Origin: Octopus bimaculoides
Taxonomy: Eukaryota
DNA length: 35,276 nucleotides
Direction: 5' to 3'
Assembly (NCBI RefSeq): GCF_001194135.2
Contig: NC_068988.1
Span: forward strand, 33,344,749 to 33,380,024
Part shown: positions 10,706 to 23,019 of the stretch, piece after piece
Numbering within the stretch: the first letter of the stretch is position 1
Layout: each line of letters begins with the position of its first letter
Program-made: the position numbers and the translations under genes
Notes under the pieces: model-generated
Seen by the model: the letters and a program-made list of their open reading frames with translations, nothing else
Database searches by the model: none
Told to the model about the DNA's origin: nothing

Positions 10706-11280
10706 AAGAGGGGAAGAACTTAGAAAAATCTTGTGATTTCATTCAATTATACTATTGGTCTCGCAAATCATATTATATATTATAAGCTAACGTATCGTTA
10801 ACCGTTTGGATTTATGCCTCTTTTTGGTGAAATTACCGAAGCAAACGGTGATTGGCACTTTTTTTAATATTTCGAATTAGCAAAATCTAGAAATATTTTT
10901 TGTTCCTGGAATTCAACCATTTTGCATAAACCTTACAGTAGTATTCTGACTTTTATAAGTTAAGTATTCATATATAGGATACAATATAATTTAATTGTGA
11001 GAGAAACTTACTTTATATGAAAATTCTTACATACTGGACTTATATTCCTATTCTTTCAATATCTAAAGGAAAAAGAGAACGATTGTATAAGGTGATTTGA
11101 AGAATATATTTCTCATCATCTGGTATTGTATACTGTCTAACCAAGCAAATTTGACTATTCTCCATTACTCGTTTCACTATATAAATATTAAAGCGATGAT
11201 TGTTTTTTGCAATAATTAATTATCAATCGATTTCATTCCACTTCATCGTGCAGCGGACGCTTCTAATGAATATATGTATA

Positions 11281-11319
<39 letters not shown>

Positions 11320-13487
11320 TTGTAGCATTTTACAAAACGATGAATATTAAGCAGGCACCGCATTTAATAAACGTATAGAAATAACGAATGCAAATTGTGA
11401 ATTGCACAAAAGAATGATTAGCTTTAAAAGAATGATTTCCTTAAAATTAGAACTTCTTATTTAACTTTTCAAAATCTTAGTAATGATAAACACAATATCT
11501 TTGTTCTTCTTCTGCATTTAATTAACTAGATGCATGTTTGTAAGGCTAGGAGCTAAACCAAATTATATTTTACAGAGAATAAATAGTAAATATACAGATA
11601 ATCAATCTGGATTTTTTTTTCTCGCATATGAATTAGTTCATTTGTTGCAGAAACTTAGCTGATATTTTGTGAGGTACAAATTAATCGCATATATTCCATT
11701 GCGTTCGATTGACTGAAATCTAGCACGACACAAATCATTTCTAAGTTTGCTAATATAAAGTGATTTAACGCTAGACATGTGGATTGCTATCAAAACTCTG
11801 ATGATTATAATGCTTTACTAAAATATCATCCAATTTCACTATTGAACGGAATGTAATGATAATAATCATTTGTATGTACACAACGTTTGTTCTCCTCTAC
11901 AAGTTGCTGCGATTTTCTAACGTTTTCAATATAATTTTAACTGCATAAATTCTATATCTTATTTTGTTCTAAATTATAGTAGAATTTTTGTTTCTGCCTT
12001 ATCATTATTATACAACAAAATAAAGTAAATATTTCTTTATTAAATGAAATGATCATTTCTGTGTTCTCCATGTGAATAAATACGAACATAGTAAAAAGTT
12101 TTCATTTCACTGAACATTAATTTGCCACTTATATACAGGACAGTTGCATGCTGGTTTATGTACACATTTCAAACTGTAATATTGCACGAACATTCTATAG
12201 CTTGTTATATCTGATAGGCTTAATTATGTAGGCACAACAATCAGCATTGAAAGTAAGACGCATATTGCTAGAAATATATTACTCCTCGAAACAAGAATGC
12301 TTATAGAGAAAAAATATAGCTATATACTTCATGAGGAAGATAGGACAAAGTGATGTAATTATATATCACACCATAAATATTCTTCATAATGACAATAAAG
12401 TTACCAAACCGATTTGTAGATAGGAATGCGTAGCATACTGGAGATGAATTGATTAGCGAGCACGAAATTAATGAATTGATTGCCGAACTTTATTAACTGT
12501 AGTATATGAAGTGTTAACTTTCAACTTGTTTTATAACGTGCTGGTGTATAGAATAGGAAAAGTAATACTGCACATTTCCAGTAATACCGTATAGGGAGTC
12601 GTGTGGTATTACTCTATAACCAGAGCAACCCCAATGCAGTGAAAACATGTGGATTTGAAAATCCGGATCTTGTTTTAAATTCATTATGTTTAGAGTTGCA
12701 TTATCATTCATTTTTGAAGACGATGATAATATTTTTTTCAGTAAACTCCTTTGTTTCACTCTCAAATTTACTTTAAAAATATTTTTTTACATTTATAAAT
12801 GACCTTTTAATCCCGTGAAGGTAAAAGAAGGACCTTCTTTACTTGAATAGAGTTTTGTGACTTCACGAAAGATATTATTAAATGTTTTATGGTATTTTAC
12901 CACAACACCAAAAATCAAACGACGGAAGTAAATGTGGGTAAATATTTTGTAGCTTAACCTTCAACTTCCAAAGTGATTCTAGTTCAAATTTGGTCCCCAT
13001 AAAATATCGTCTATCAGTACATGTCTGATTTTATTTACCTTATAATACATTATCATGTAATTTAGATGTTGACGGATGCGGCTAAATGGGATAAGTGCAA
13101 ATCTGAAGGTTGTGATGGGATTTTAAAAAATTCTGAACGCGTTCTCAAGATAATATATGATAATATATGATAATATAATTTCTGAGTAATCTTCACTTAA
13201 CATGAAACAATATAGGGTGTTTTATAAACCAATGACTTATGCGTACTGATTAGATTCATGCAACACGCAATAACTATGAATTAACATGAAGGACGCTTTA
13301 GCAAAATAGAAAAAGAGAATAACATTCTGTCAAATTATGATATACTCCATCCCGTCAAATTTTAATCTAGTTTCTAAACAAATTTTAAATGCCCTTTCTT
13401 TCACTGATAAAGAATGCCCAATGAAGTACGGTTGGTACTTTTATCTCCCTCTTCAAATCTCTCTCTATATACGTCCACGCACAAGCT

Positions 13488-13489
<2 letters not shown>

Positions 13490-13531
<42 letters not shown>
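13490..13531. repeat. (CA)n microsatellite
   Basis: Directly visible. Confidence 0.97.
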
Positions 13532-13535
<4 letters not shown>

Positions 13536-13855
13536 TATATATTTGTTTACGAGTGATGGGAGAGTCAGTGGACCTAAAATGTATACATTATACTATTGTA
13601 TCCCTTTGGATTACGTACATTTACGCCAATTTCGATATAAAACGAGAGCAAGGATTCGACATAAGAAAAGAAAGACTGAAATAAAATGTTTCAGTATCCA
13701 CGCTAGCTAGTGAGACGTAAATAGTCGAAAATTATAGAAAAAAAAAGAGATAAAATAAAAAGAATCTTGAAGTGCGAAATCACTTCTTGTGAAAAATATC
13801 CCAGCTCATATACGCTGCTTCAATGTATGACATAATATCAAAGCTTATAAAAGTC

Positions 13856-14070
13856 GGCGTGTTGGCAGAAATGTTACAAAGCCGGGCGAAATGCTTAGAG
13901 GTGTTTCATCTGTCTTTATGTTCGGAGTTCAAATTCCGCAGAAGTCGGTTTTGCCTTTCATCTTTTCGGGGTTGACAAATTAAGTACCAGTTGCGTACTG
14001 GGGATAATCTAATTAACTGGCCCCTTCCCATAAAATTTCGGGCCTTGTGTCTAGAGTAGAAAAGAATATA
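13856..14070 (+). mobile_element. tRNA-derived SINE (family 1)
   Basis: GGCG.GTTGGCAGAA head, GAGTTCAAATTCCG B-box, core TTTGCCTTTCATCTTTTCGGGGTTGACAAATTAAGTACCAGTTGCGTACTGGGG, tail AAATTTCGGGCCTTGTG..TAGAGTAGAAAAGAAT. Confidence 0.9.
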
Positions 14071-14294
14071 AAAGCTAACAAGAGTATGTTGAAAACTAAA
14101 GTACCTAAGTCGGGCAAGTGATATGAATACGATACCACAGTTTTCCGAACGGATATGAACAGGCAACTTTCTGGGAAAGAGACATCAATATATCTTGACA
14201 CTAACGATATCTAACCGTAGTAACACGAGGCTATGTACATCGTATGTTTATACATGCATACATACATTCATACAGTAACACACGCCACACAGGC

Positions 14295-14330
<36 letters not shown>

Positions 14331-14332
<2 letters not shown>

Positions 14333-14681
14333 AGGTACAATGGCCTAGTGGTTAGAGGAGCGGACTCGCGACCGTGGGATCGCGATTTCGATTCCCAGAC
14401 CGGGCGTTTTGAGTGTTTATTGAGCGGAAACACCTAAAATTCCACGAGTCTCCAGCAGTACTCTTTTACCACGACTTTCTCTCACTTTTTCTTCCTGTTT
14501 CTGTTGTACCGGTGTCTCAAAGGGCCAGCCTTGTCAGACATTTTTTCACTCTGAAACTCCCCAAGAACTACGTTAAGGGTACATGTATCTCTGGAATGCT
14601 TAGTTACTTGCACGTTAAATTCACGAGCAGGCTGTTCCGTTGATCGGACCAACTGGAACCCACGTCGTAACCGACAGAGTG
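14331..14681 (+). mobile_element. tRNA-derived SINE (family 2), apparently full length
   Basis: A-box TGGCCTAGTGG (14341-14351), B-box-like GATTTCGATTCCC (14384-14396), about 280 bp non-tRNA body; flanked by (TG)n at 14300-14330 and (CA)n(TA)n at 14682-14774. Confidence 0.88.
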
Positions 14682-14698
14682 ACACACACACACACACA

Positions 14699-14774
<76 letters not shown>

Positions 14775-15675
14775 NNNNNNNNNNNNNNNNNNNNNNNNNN
14801 NNNNNNNNNNNNNNNNNNNNNNNNNNNNNNNNNNNNNNNNNNNNNNNNNNNNNNNNNNNNNNNNNNNNNNNNNNNNNNNNNNNNNNNNNNNNNNNNNNNN
14901 NNNNNNNNNNNNNNNNNNNNNNNNNNNNNNNNNNNNNNNNNNNNNNNNNNNNNNNNNNNNNNNNNNNNNNNNNNNNNNNNNNNNNNNNNNNNNNNNNNNN
15001 NNNNNNNNNNNNNNNNNNNNNNNNNNNNNNNNNNNNNNNNNNNNNNNNNNNNNNNNNNNNNNNNNNNNNNNNNNNNNNNNNNNNNNNNNNNNNNNNNNNN
15101 NNNNNNNNNNNNNNNNNNNNNNNNNNNNNNNNNNNNNNNNNNNNNNNNNNNNNNNNNNNNNNNNNNNNNNNNNNNNNNNNNNNNNNNNNNNNNNNNNNNN
15201 NNNNNNNNNNNNNNNNNNNNNNNNNNNNNNNNNNNNNNNNNNNNNNNNNNNNNNNNNNNNNNNNNNNNNNNNNNNNNNNNNNNNNNNNNNNNNNNNNNNN
15301 NNNNNNNNNNNNNNNNNNNNNNNNNNNNNNNNNNNNNNNNNNNNNNNNNNNNNNNNNNNNNNNNNNNNNNNNNNNNNNNNNNNNNNNNNNNNNNNNNNNN
15401 NNNNNNNNNNNNNNNNNNNNNNNNNNNNNNNNNNNNNNNNNNNNNNNNNNNNNNNNNNNNNNNNNNNNNNNNNNNNNNNNNNNNNNNNNNNNNNNNNNNN
15501 NNNNNNNNNNNNNNNNNNNNNNNNNNNNNNNNNNNNNNNNNNNNNNNNNNNNNNNNNNNNNNNNNNNNNNNNNNNNNNNNNNNNNNNNNNNNNNNNNNNN
15601 NNNNNNNNNNNNNNNNNNNNNNNNNNNNNNNNNNNNNNNNNNNNNNNNNNNNNNNNNNNNNNNNNNNNNNNNNNN
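14775..15675. other. Largest assembly gap (others: 8571-8706, 20382-20758, 22225-22286, 26104-26675, 27781-28042, 32283-32292, 34330-34533)
   Basis: N-runs; all except 32283-32292 are bordered by TA-type repeats on at least one side. Confidence 0.97.
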
Positions 15676-15889
15676 TATATATATATATACATATACATAT
15701 ATATATATACGTCACACAAAATGAATTCAAGTAATGCAGTAGTACTCATAAAAAAACGTCCTCAGCTCATCATTCTACAAAAGATATAAAGCATATAAAA
15801 TTACAACAGAAAAGTAGTTTATTTATTATTATATATAATGATATAAATTATTTACATATTTAAAGTTACGAAACAATTTCAAACGTTCT

Positions 15890-16023
15890 GCCACCTATCC
15901 CGACTGTGAGATGCACATATTTTGGAGTGGTTTACTTCTCGTCAGTTACAGAAACCAAATGGTAGCACTGAAGAGGAGATAACCCCTCTGAAATGCGTGC
16001 ATCTTACAGTCTGGATATGTGGC
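15890..16023. mobile_element. MITE-like fold-back element
   Basis: Outer arms 15890-15916 and 15997-16023 are 24/27 reverse-complementary; inner arms 15917-15940 and 15973-15996 about 16/24; 32-nt spacer. Confidence 0.8.
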
Positions 16024-16063
16024 GCTGCAAGCTGATTTAGATGCATTTGTACCATCTGTTTAC

Positions 16064-16149
16064 CTCGGGAAATGTTCTCCTTGACAAAATACAGTGAATG
16101 GCTTGTTTACAAGTCCCAACGTGCCACTGGTGGTAATATTGCATTTGAA
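16064..16149 (-). other. Candidate 86-nt exon (FKCNITTSGTLGLVNKPFTVFCQGEHFP or QMQYYHQWHVGTCKQAIHCILSRRTFPE)
   Basis: Acceptor cattcttttattaccag| and donor GAG|GTAAAC; two frames open. Confidence 0.3.
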
Positions 16150-19100
16150 CTGGTAATAAAAGAATGTTGTGTGTTCTCTATATAGCATACACAATTAATT
16201 CTTTTGTAGGATTACCAGTAATGTTGTAGAACAATGACAGAAAGATCTTTAGCTTCATTGAAAATCGTATAACTTTTCTCACTAGAAAATCTATAAGGAG
16301 AAGCGAAGTTTAAAGATTAAATAACAATGTTATATAACACATTGATATTACTTATATGATTATCACCACCTTACAACTAATGTATTTACACACTTTAGCG
16401 AACGGCATATAATTTTAATTTCATTTACACCTCAGTATCTCACCACTCTACTGTTCTGTGCGCTCGATAACTTAATATTCATGAGTTACTAAGGCCACTT
16501 ACACCATTTGTTTGTGAACTTGCTAGAGCCACGTATATTTTCACAATACTTACTGACCAGTTGCTGATACATGCTAGAAAATATGTGACACAAACTGAAC
16601 TATATTATTCTGATAAATTGCTCCTGCATCGAATAAACTTTCGAACATTATACAGAAAAAACAGGAACAGGCTGTAAGTAAGAAAACGCTTTGCTATAAC
16701 TTGCAATCGATATCAGGTCAGAAACTTGGCTCAATCCAAATTTATATTATTTATATGTATTTCTAATTAACGAAACCACTATAACTGTCTTTGTGTTCTG
16801 CAAACAATGTCGCGTTGTAAATGGATCCGTATAATTATAAAGAAAGCAACATAAATAAAATTCTATATAAATTAAAGTGTATTTTCTGTTTACTTGCATA
16901 GATATTATTTCAAAATATAGATTTGTTTGAATATCTAAGAGCAATTATTGTGAAAGAAAATTACAATTGATACAAAGTATATTTCTATAACTAGTCTTCA
17001 TTTTGAAAGTATTTATCAAATTAAGAATAGCATTAAAAGTACTTAATCTGAGAACGAGTGTTTTCTGTCAATAATCTTTCTATTCTACCCGGTGAAATCT
17101 TTTAAAATATAAAAGATACGATCGACAAATCATTCATTTTAATCCGTCTTATGATTGAGATAAATTAATAAACGCTTGTACTGATACGTAGAGTGTGAAG
17201 AAAATATTGGTCGTAGATCTGTCTTTCCCGTTAAGTACATGTACCAAAATAATTTACGAAGCTGATCATTGACAAACGTCTAACTTGTGCAATGTTACAC
17301 ACATCTACATAAGTCATTTCAGGCAAACTCTAATCATACCATTATGTTAAATAACGAAATTCCAAAACTACCAATTCACAATTCACCTTTTTTCATTGAT
17401 TTAATTGTAATTCTTAAAACGAACATGTATGTCCCAAACACTACATATATCAAAAACTGCAATCATCAAAATGCACTGATTTAAAATATAATAGCTCCAT
17501 TCTCATATACATATAGTTTAACAATCAATAAAATGTAATTGTTATATATTGTCGTACGACAGCTATAATTCGTTCGTAGATATATGCCTGGAATAAACTA
17601 AGTTAACCCCATTGATCAACACATCTTATATTAGCCTGTCAGTTTTAGGGGACCAAGATTTAAGCAACACCACCCAAAGCATTTAATCTGAATTGGGACT
17701 TCTGATACCAATTAATCCTGATTATAATTAATATCTGAAATTGTTTCTATATTCATCATTTAACGTGCTATTATGTAATCTTTATTAATAACGCGCTAAT
17801 AGATAAATAGATAAAAACGAATTATATATGCATGTGTGTATGTGCAATTATTTGTCCACATAAAAAGAGGGAGAGGTTAACATATATTTAATTGTGTGTG
17901 TGTGTATGAGGATTTCTATTTAATATAAACATTTGGTGGTTAATTTCACCTCTCATGACGTACAAAATATAGCGAGAATGAAATACAGAGTTCACATATT
18001 AGGGGTAGAATGAGTGTTCATATGAGGCACGATAGCAGGCTATGAGTAAAGGCACTCTAAACACATACCTAGAGAGTGGAAAGGAATCGCAGAAACCGAT
18101 GAGTATAAGTAAATGACAGATTTCTTTGTAGCCTATTTTCCGTAGTTGCTTTTGTAGTACGCCGTTCGTTAGCATACTATGTTCGTTTTACATTCACCAG
18201 TAGGGTATTCATTTGTAAACTGTTGCAAGTGAATATCTCTATACAATTTTTATTATAAAATAATACTATTTTACCATCATTGACAATATCAGATATACAG
18301 CATATATTCACAAATTAAAAACCCATTATGATAAACAAGATGTATATTATTTCAGGAATATATTTTTCTGTTATAGCTGCGTCGTACGACTGAAACAGCC
18401 TGAAAAATCTTATTAACCCATACATCCTACCATCACACAGAAAATAGAAACAAGACAGGTAATATCCTATCGAAATTTTAGTAAATGAGCATTAAATGTC
18501 TACATTCAAAATTTACAGTATGTGAAACAAAGGAGATTATGGAGTATATATAGTTTATATTTGTCTGCAATTCATATTTTATGTTTTCCTATTTTATATT
18601 CTTGTGTAATTGAAGCAGATATATAATTTCAAGCCTAGCATCTTTCAGTATATCATTTGTTATACGTGCTCGATTCTCAAAATTATTTCAGTATTTCCTT
18701 ATTCAAACTTACTTTTCCTTGGAAAAGATCGTTCGTTCATTATTTAATTATTCGTTTTTTTTTCACAAATAGTCAATATCAGTATCCTACTTCTAAATAT
18801 TCAGACCTTTTATAATATTTTCTATTCATGTGCACATATTTTTATGTTTAAATCTTGAGACATCGCTTGTACCTATTCCTTGCCGGTCTTATCGCTTGAG
18901 GTTACTTCAATCATTACACACATTTTGACCAAGATTTTCATCTGTTGCCATCTCACAATGAATTCTTATTAATTTTTTCGCATCTGGAATTTCATTAAAC
19001 GATCTATTATTTCGTGGACTTTAAACTTTTTCACGAATTTACGTTGGTAATGGAGTGCCAGCACTCCTAAGTCAAGAGCTCGACATAAATAATATTTGCT

Positions 19101-19253
19101 AAAAGCTTCGACGATTTTCGAGAGGTATTATTTGAAAAAGTAAAAGGAAAAAAAAAAAGGAAAAAAAAGGAGGCTCTAGAAAAATGAGGTGTACTGAATA
19201 AATTTGCAATGATGTTCAAGATGACGATTCCAGAAATAATGATTGCAGCAAGA

Positions 19254-19254
<1 letters not shown>

Positions 19255-19323
<69 letters not shown>

Positions 19324-19324
19324 T
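19255..19324. repeat. Compound (GT)n(TA)n(GA)n microsatellite
   Basis: Directly visible. Confidence 0.97.
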
Positions 19325-19337
19325 GGGGTTTATTAGA

Positions 19338-19392
19338 GGTAATGGTGTCAATAAGACCCAAAAGATGTCAGGTAATGCTGAATAAGTGCTAT
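19338..19392 (+). repeat. Short dispersed repeat, copy 2 of 2
   Basis: Matches 9238-9291. Confidence 0.85.
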
Positions 19393-19469
19393 GGACAGAC
19401 GATAGCTAAGCTACAGGTTCGGCGATTATGCGACTGAGGAGTCCAAAGTATGTCATACATTAGCATGTG

Positions 19470-19580
19470 TTCCGATGAAGGGATATAGAAAATATCCCGG
19501 AAACAGCTGTAAAACCTGTTTATAAATGTTCTAAAACCTTTCACAGCCTTGGATTTTTATCTCATTCTGAAAATTAATTT
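19470..19580 (+). mobile_element. Penelope-like pLTR 3' fragment (family B) with hammerhead-like motif at 19470-19513
   Basis: CCGATGA-A-GGGATAT-agaaa-ATATCCC-G-GAAAC-AGCT-GTA, then AAACCTGTTTATAAATGTTCTAAAA...TTGGATTTTTATCTCATTCTGAAA shared with 41-200 and 28043-28110. Ends in (TA)n(TG)n. Confidence 0.72.
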
Positions 19581-19598
19581 ATATATATATGTGTGTGC

Positions 19599-19635
<37 letters not shown>

Positions 19636-19864
19636 CGTGTGTGTGTGTGTGTATGGAATTTAGAATCTTTATCTTTGCAACATACATTATTGATTGGTAG
19701 CTACACATTTATGATGAGGTGATTAAGCTAACACAGAAATAAATATGCTTTCTTTTTTTAAGATTCTAATGAATTTAAAGAAATGTAGCTAAATATAGCG
19801 AATGTAATTTTGGTAAAAAGCTCTCAAATTACACTCATACACTTATTTTATACAGAGGTGCTAT

Positions 19865-20100
19865 GCAGAAATGCGAAATATGTGCAAATAGAAATATATG
19901 AAAATATCACATGTTACCGTGTGTACGGAACTGCAAAAAAGGAGGTGAAGAAGAAATTTATATTGGAGAATTACCACTTATAGGAGGCAAGTTAATTACA
20001 AGAATATCAAATATTACATGCGCGATTATGTATCTGCGTGTAAGGAGGAATACTATTCTGCAAACGCTTGAATATACACAAAGGGGCACATATCAACTCA
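19865..20100 (+). mobile_element. Decayed GIY-YIG endonuclease fragment, PLE-like
   Basis: QKCEICAN...CVRNCKKGGEEEIYIGE: CxxC elements followed by YIGE, then a frameshift. Confidence 0.45.
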
Positions 20101-20758
20101 TATAGATAAACGGTGTTTATAGATTTACATACGTCAAAGTAATTATCTATCTAATATTTAGATGGATATTTAGATGATAACGATGTTGATGATAGCGATG
20201 ATGCAAATACACAAGTGTGTTTTTGTGTGCATCTTTATATGCCAACTTTCATTTACGTAAGTATGTATATATGTTTGTGTATGCACATATAGGGCACACA
20301 AGGACTACATAAATACACGTGTATACACACACACGTTGTGCATATAGAAATATATTTGCATGTATATATATATATATATATNNNNNNNNNNNNNNNNNNN
20401 NNNNNNNNNNNNNNNNNNNNNNNNNNNNNNNNNNNNNNNNNNNNNNNNNNNNNNNNNNNNNNNNNNNNNNNNNNNNNNNNNNNNNNNNNNNNNNNNNNNN
20501 NNNNNNNNNNNNNNNNNNNNNNNNNNNNNNNNNNNNNNNNNNNNNNNNNNNNNNNNNNNNNNNNNNNNNNNNNNNNNNNNNNNNNNNNNNNNNNNNNNNN
20601 NNNNNNNNNNNNNNNNNNNNNNNNNNNNNNNNNNNNNNNNNNNNNNNNNNNNNNNNNNNNNNNNNNNNNNNNNNNNNNNNNNNNNNNNNNNNNNNNNNNN
20701 NNNNNNNNNNNNNNNNNNNNNNNNNNNNNNNNNNNNNNNNNNNNNNNNNNNNNNNNNN

Positions 20759-20821
<63 letters not shown>

Positions 20822-21018
20822 ACTGCCGTGTGTAGTTATGTGTGGGTTATCATGTATATGTGCATACGCTTCGGTCTGTGTGTATGTCTACAAGTAAAGT
20901 AGTGTATACGTTGTACGGAATAACGTGCGCTTCGTATATTTGTATATGTGTGCGCATGGACGTGTGAATATGTGTGAGGCTGTCATGTGTGTGTGTTTGT
21001 GTAAATGTGTGTTCCATA

Positions 21019-21504
21019 ATACAAACTGTTAGACTCACCATAAAATATACAGGTATAGAATTTGGCATAGATAATAGCTCAATATTAGTCATAAAACCGG
21101 GACAGGTAGTCAGCACTGAACGCTTTTTATTGCCAGATGGTCAAACATTAAAATCACTGAATGAATGAGACGCTTATAAGTATCTAGGGTTATTAGAATC
21201 TGACAGTGTAATAATTATAGAAATGAAAGCGAAAATTGAGAAAGTGTATATCAGAAGTGTGAGGAAGCTAATAAAGTCATAGCTAAATGATTCGAATCTA
21301 GTGAAAGCTTTGAATACTGGGGTGGTATCGTTGCTTAGATATTCAGCAACTTTTAAAGATTAGACATGAACTGAATTAGTAAATGTAGAGAGAAGTACAA
21401 GGAAGGAATGCAATATGAGTGGAAGACTTCTCCCGAGAGCAGGATTAGCAAGATTATACCTACCTATAAAGGAAGGTGGTAGTCAGTTAATACCAGTAGA
21501 AGGT
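21019..21504 (+). mobile_element. R4/Dong-like non-LTR retrotransposon RT C-terminal remnant
   Basis: One frame with 4 stops: TGIEFGIDNSSILVIKPGQVV...LPDGQTLKSLNE*DAYKYLGLLE...VRKLIKS*LN.SNLVKALNT.VVSLLRYSA...ARLYLPIKEGG. Confidence 0.88.
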
Positions 21505-21523
21505 AATACTGACGAAAAGTTTT

Positions 21524-21650
21524 TGATGATGATGATGATGACGACGACGACGACGATGATGATAATGATAACAATGCTGATGATAACGATGCTGATGATA
21601 GCGATGTGATGGTGGTGGTGGGGATCATGATGATGAAGACGGTGATGATT
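21524..21650. repeat. Compound (GAT)n/(GAC)n/(GGT)n trinucleotide tract
   Basis: Directly visible. Confidence 0.93.
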
Positions 21651-22184
21651 AAAAGGTCGAGAAGGAGGGGAGGTTACCTCTTCATTTTTTACTGCTAGCA
21701 TTACAGAATAAAATTCTTTTGCAAAATATCCATTTTTTACATTCAGTATTGGAGATTAATTCTTCTTCTTTAGACATAGTAACTGCTGTTATATACAAAT
21801 TATTATTGAGAAACCAATGTTGTAATAAGCAAGTCAGATAGTACTTTCATAAATGGAGATACACACATACACACAATTTTAGAAATATTTGCTGACACAC
21901 ATCATTCTTTAGGTGCGTTTATGCATATATATATGGGGGTGTGTATACATATTTATGAATATCTGTATAAACGTATGAGTGAGAACGGGTATGTGCACAT
22001 TCTGATATATATATATGCATGTTAAAATACATGTCTATAAGCATGATACATCCGTTAACACTTATGCATACTCACATGCCCATACGAATATACAATCGTA
22101 TATGCATAAACACACACACACACACATATATAAACGCATGTATACAAATAAGTATATATACACACATATGCATACGTACGTAAA

Positions 22185-22224
<40 letters not shown>

Positions 22225-22294
22225 NNNNNNNNNNNNNNNNNNNNNNNNNNNNNNNNNNNNNNNNNNNNNNNNNNNNNNNNNNNNNNATATATAT

Positions 22295-22325
<31 letters not shown>

Positions 22326-22666
22326 TATACTTGTGTGTGTATGTGTGTGTTCATGCGTACATGACATTCCTTCTAAACTGAAAGAATACAAGTAATTCAA
22401 AGAAACGGAATTTCGTGAACTTGTTACATATTTCATGAATTTCATTGAAAGGGACACTTTTGTGTATTCTCGTAGAAACATGCGTAAATAAAGTTTCAGG
22501 AAAATGTGAATAAAAAATAAATGACCTGCCGAAGTCCAGGAATTTCTTTCGTGTTCAAATTCATATTGTTTCTATACTTTTGATTTCTTGATTTCCTTAT
22601 TTTTCGAATTATCTGTTCAGTTTTTTTTTACGATGTAAAATAAGTATTGAGAGGCATACTACATAT

Positions 22667-22711
<45 letters not shown>

Positions 22712-22959
22712 TATATATATACACACACACTCATAAATATATACGTGAATATATTGCCATATTATATCCATATAATATATTGATATTATATGCGGATGTG
22801 CGTGGGTGCCTGTGAGATCCTATCTTTAGAAGGGAAATAAATAATTACTGAGCTAATGGGAAAAGTATGGACGCTGACATGTATAGTCTTTAACATAGTC
22901 AACGGACAGAATAACTCTAGTGGAATATTATATTGATGAAATTTCAAATTAACATACGC

Positions 22960-22963
<4 letters not shown>

Positions 22964-22996
<33 letters not shown>

Positions 22997-23019
22997 ATAT
23001 ATATATATATATATATATA
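22964..23019. repeat. (TA)n microsatellite flanked by inverted TACGCACCC/GGGTGCGTA ends
   Basis: Directly visible. Confidence 0.95.

Noticed and set aside
10512-10742. Poly-Ser/poly-His ORF on the minus strand
   Set aside because: Translation of the (GAT)n(GAG)n microsatellite; no splice or domain support.
11040-11220. About 59-codon open frame on the minus strand (VKRVMENSQICLVRQY...)
   Set aside because: No homology recognised and no donor before the stop; dozens of frames this long are expected by chance in a window this size.
13070-13180. MLTDAAKWDKCKSEGCDGILKNSERVLK after an AG, followed by a 10-bp tandem repeat
   Set aside because: Short, no donor and no recognisable domain.
14331-14405. 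Possible tRNA gene
   Set aside because: A/B boxes are present, but there is no convincing cloverleaf and it continues into a SINE body.
14604-15749. Long ORFs in the supplied track (also 8461-8751, 20305-20902, 25849-26800, 27699-28076, 34189-34770)
   Set aside because: They span N-runs and (TA)n/(CA)n repeats that lack stop codons; not genes.
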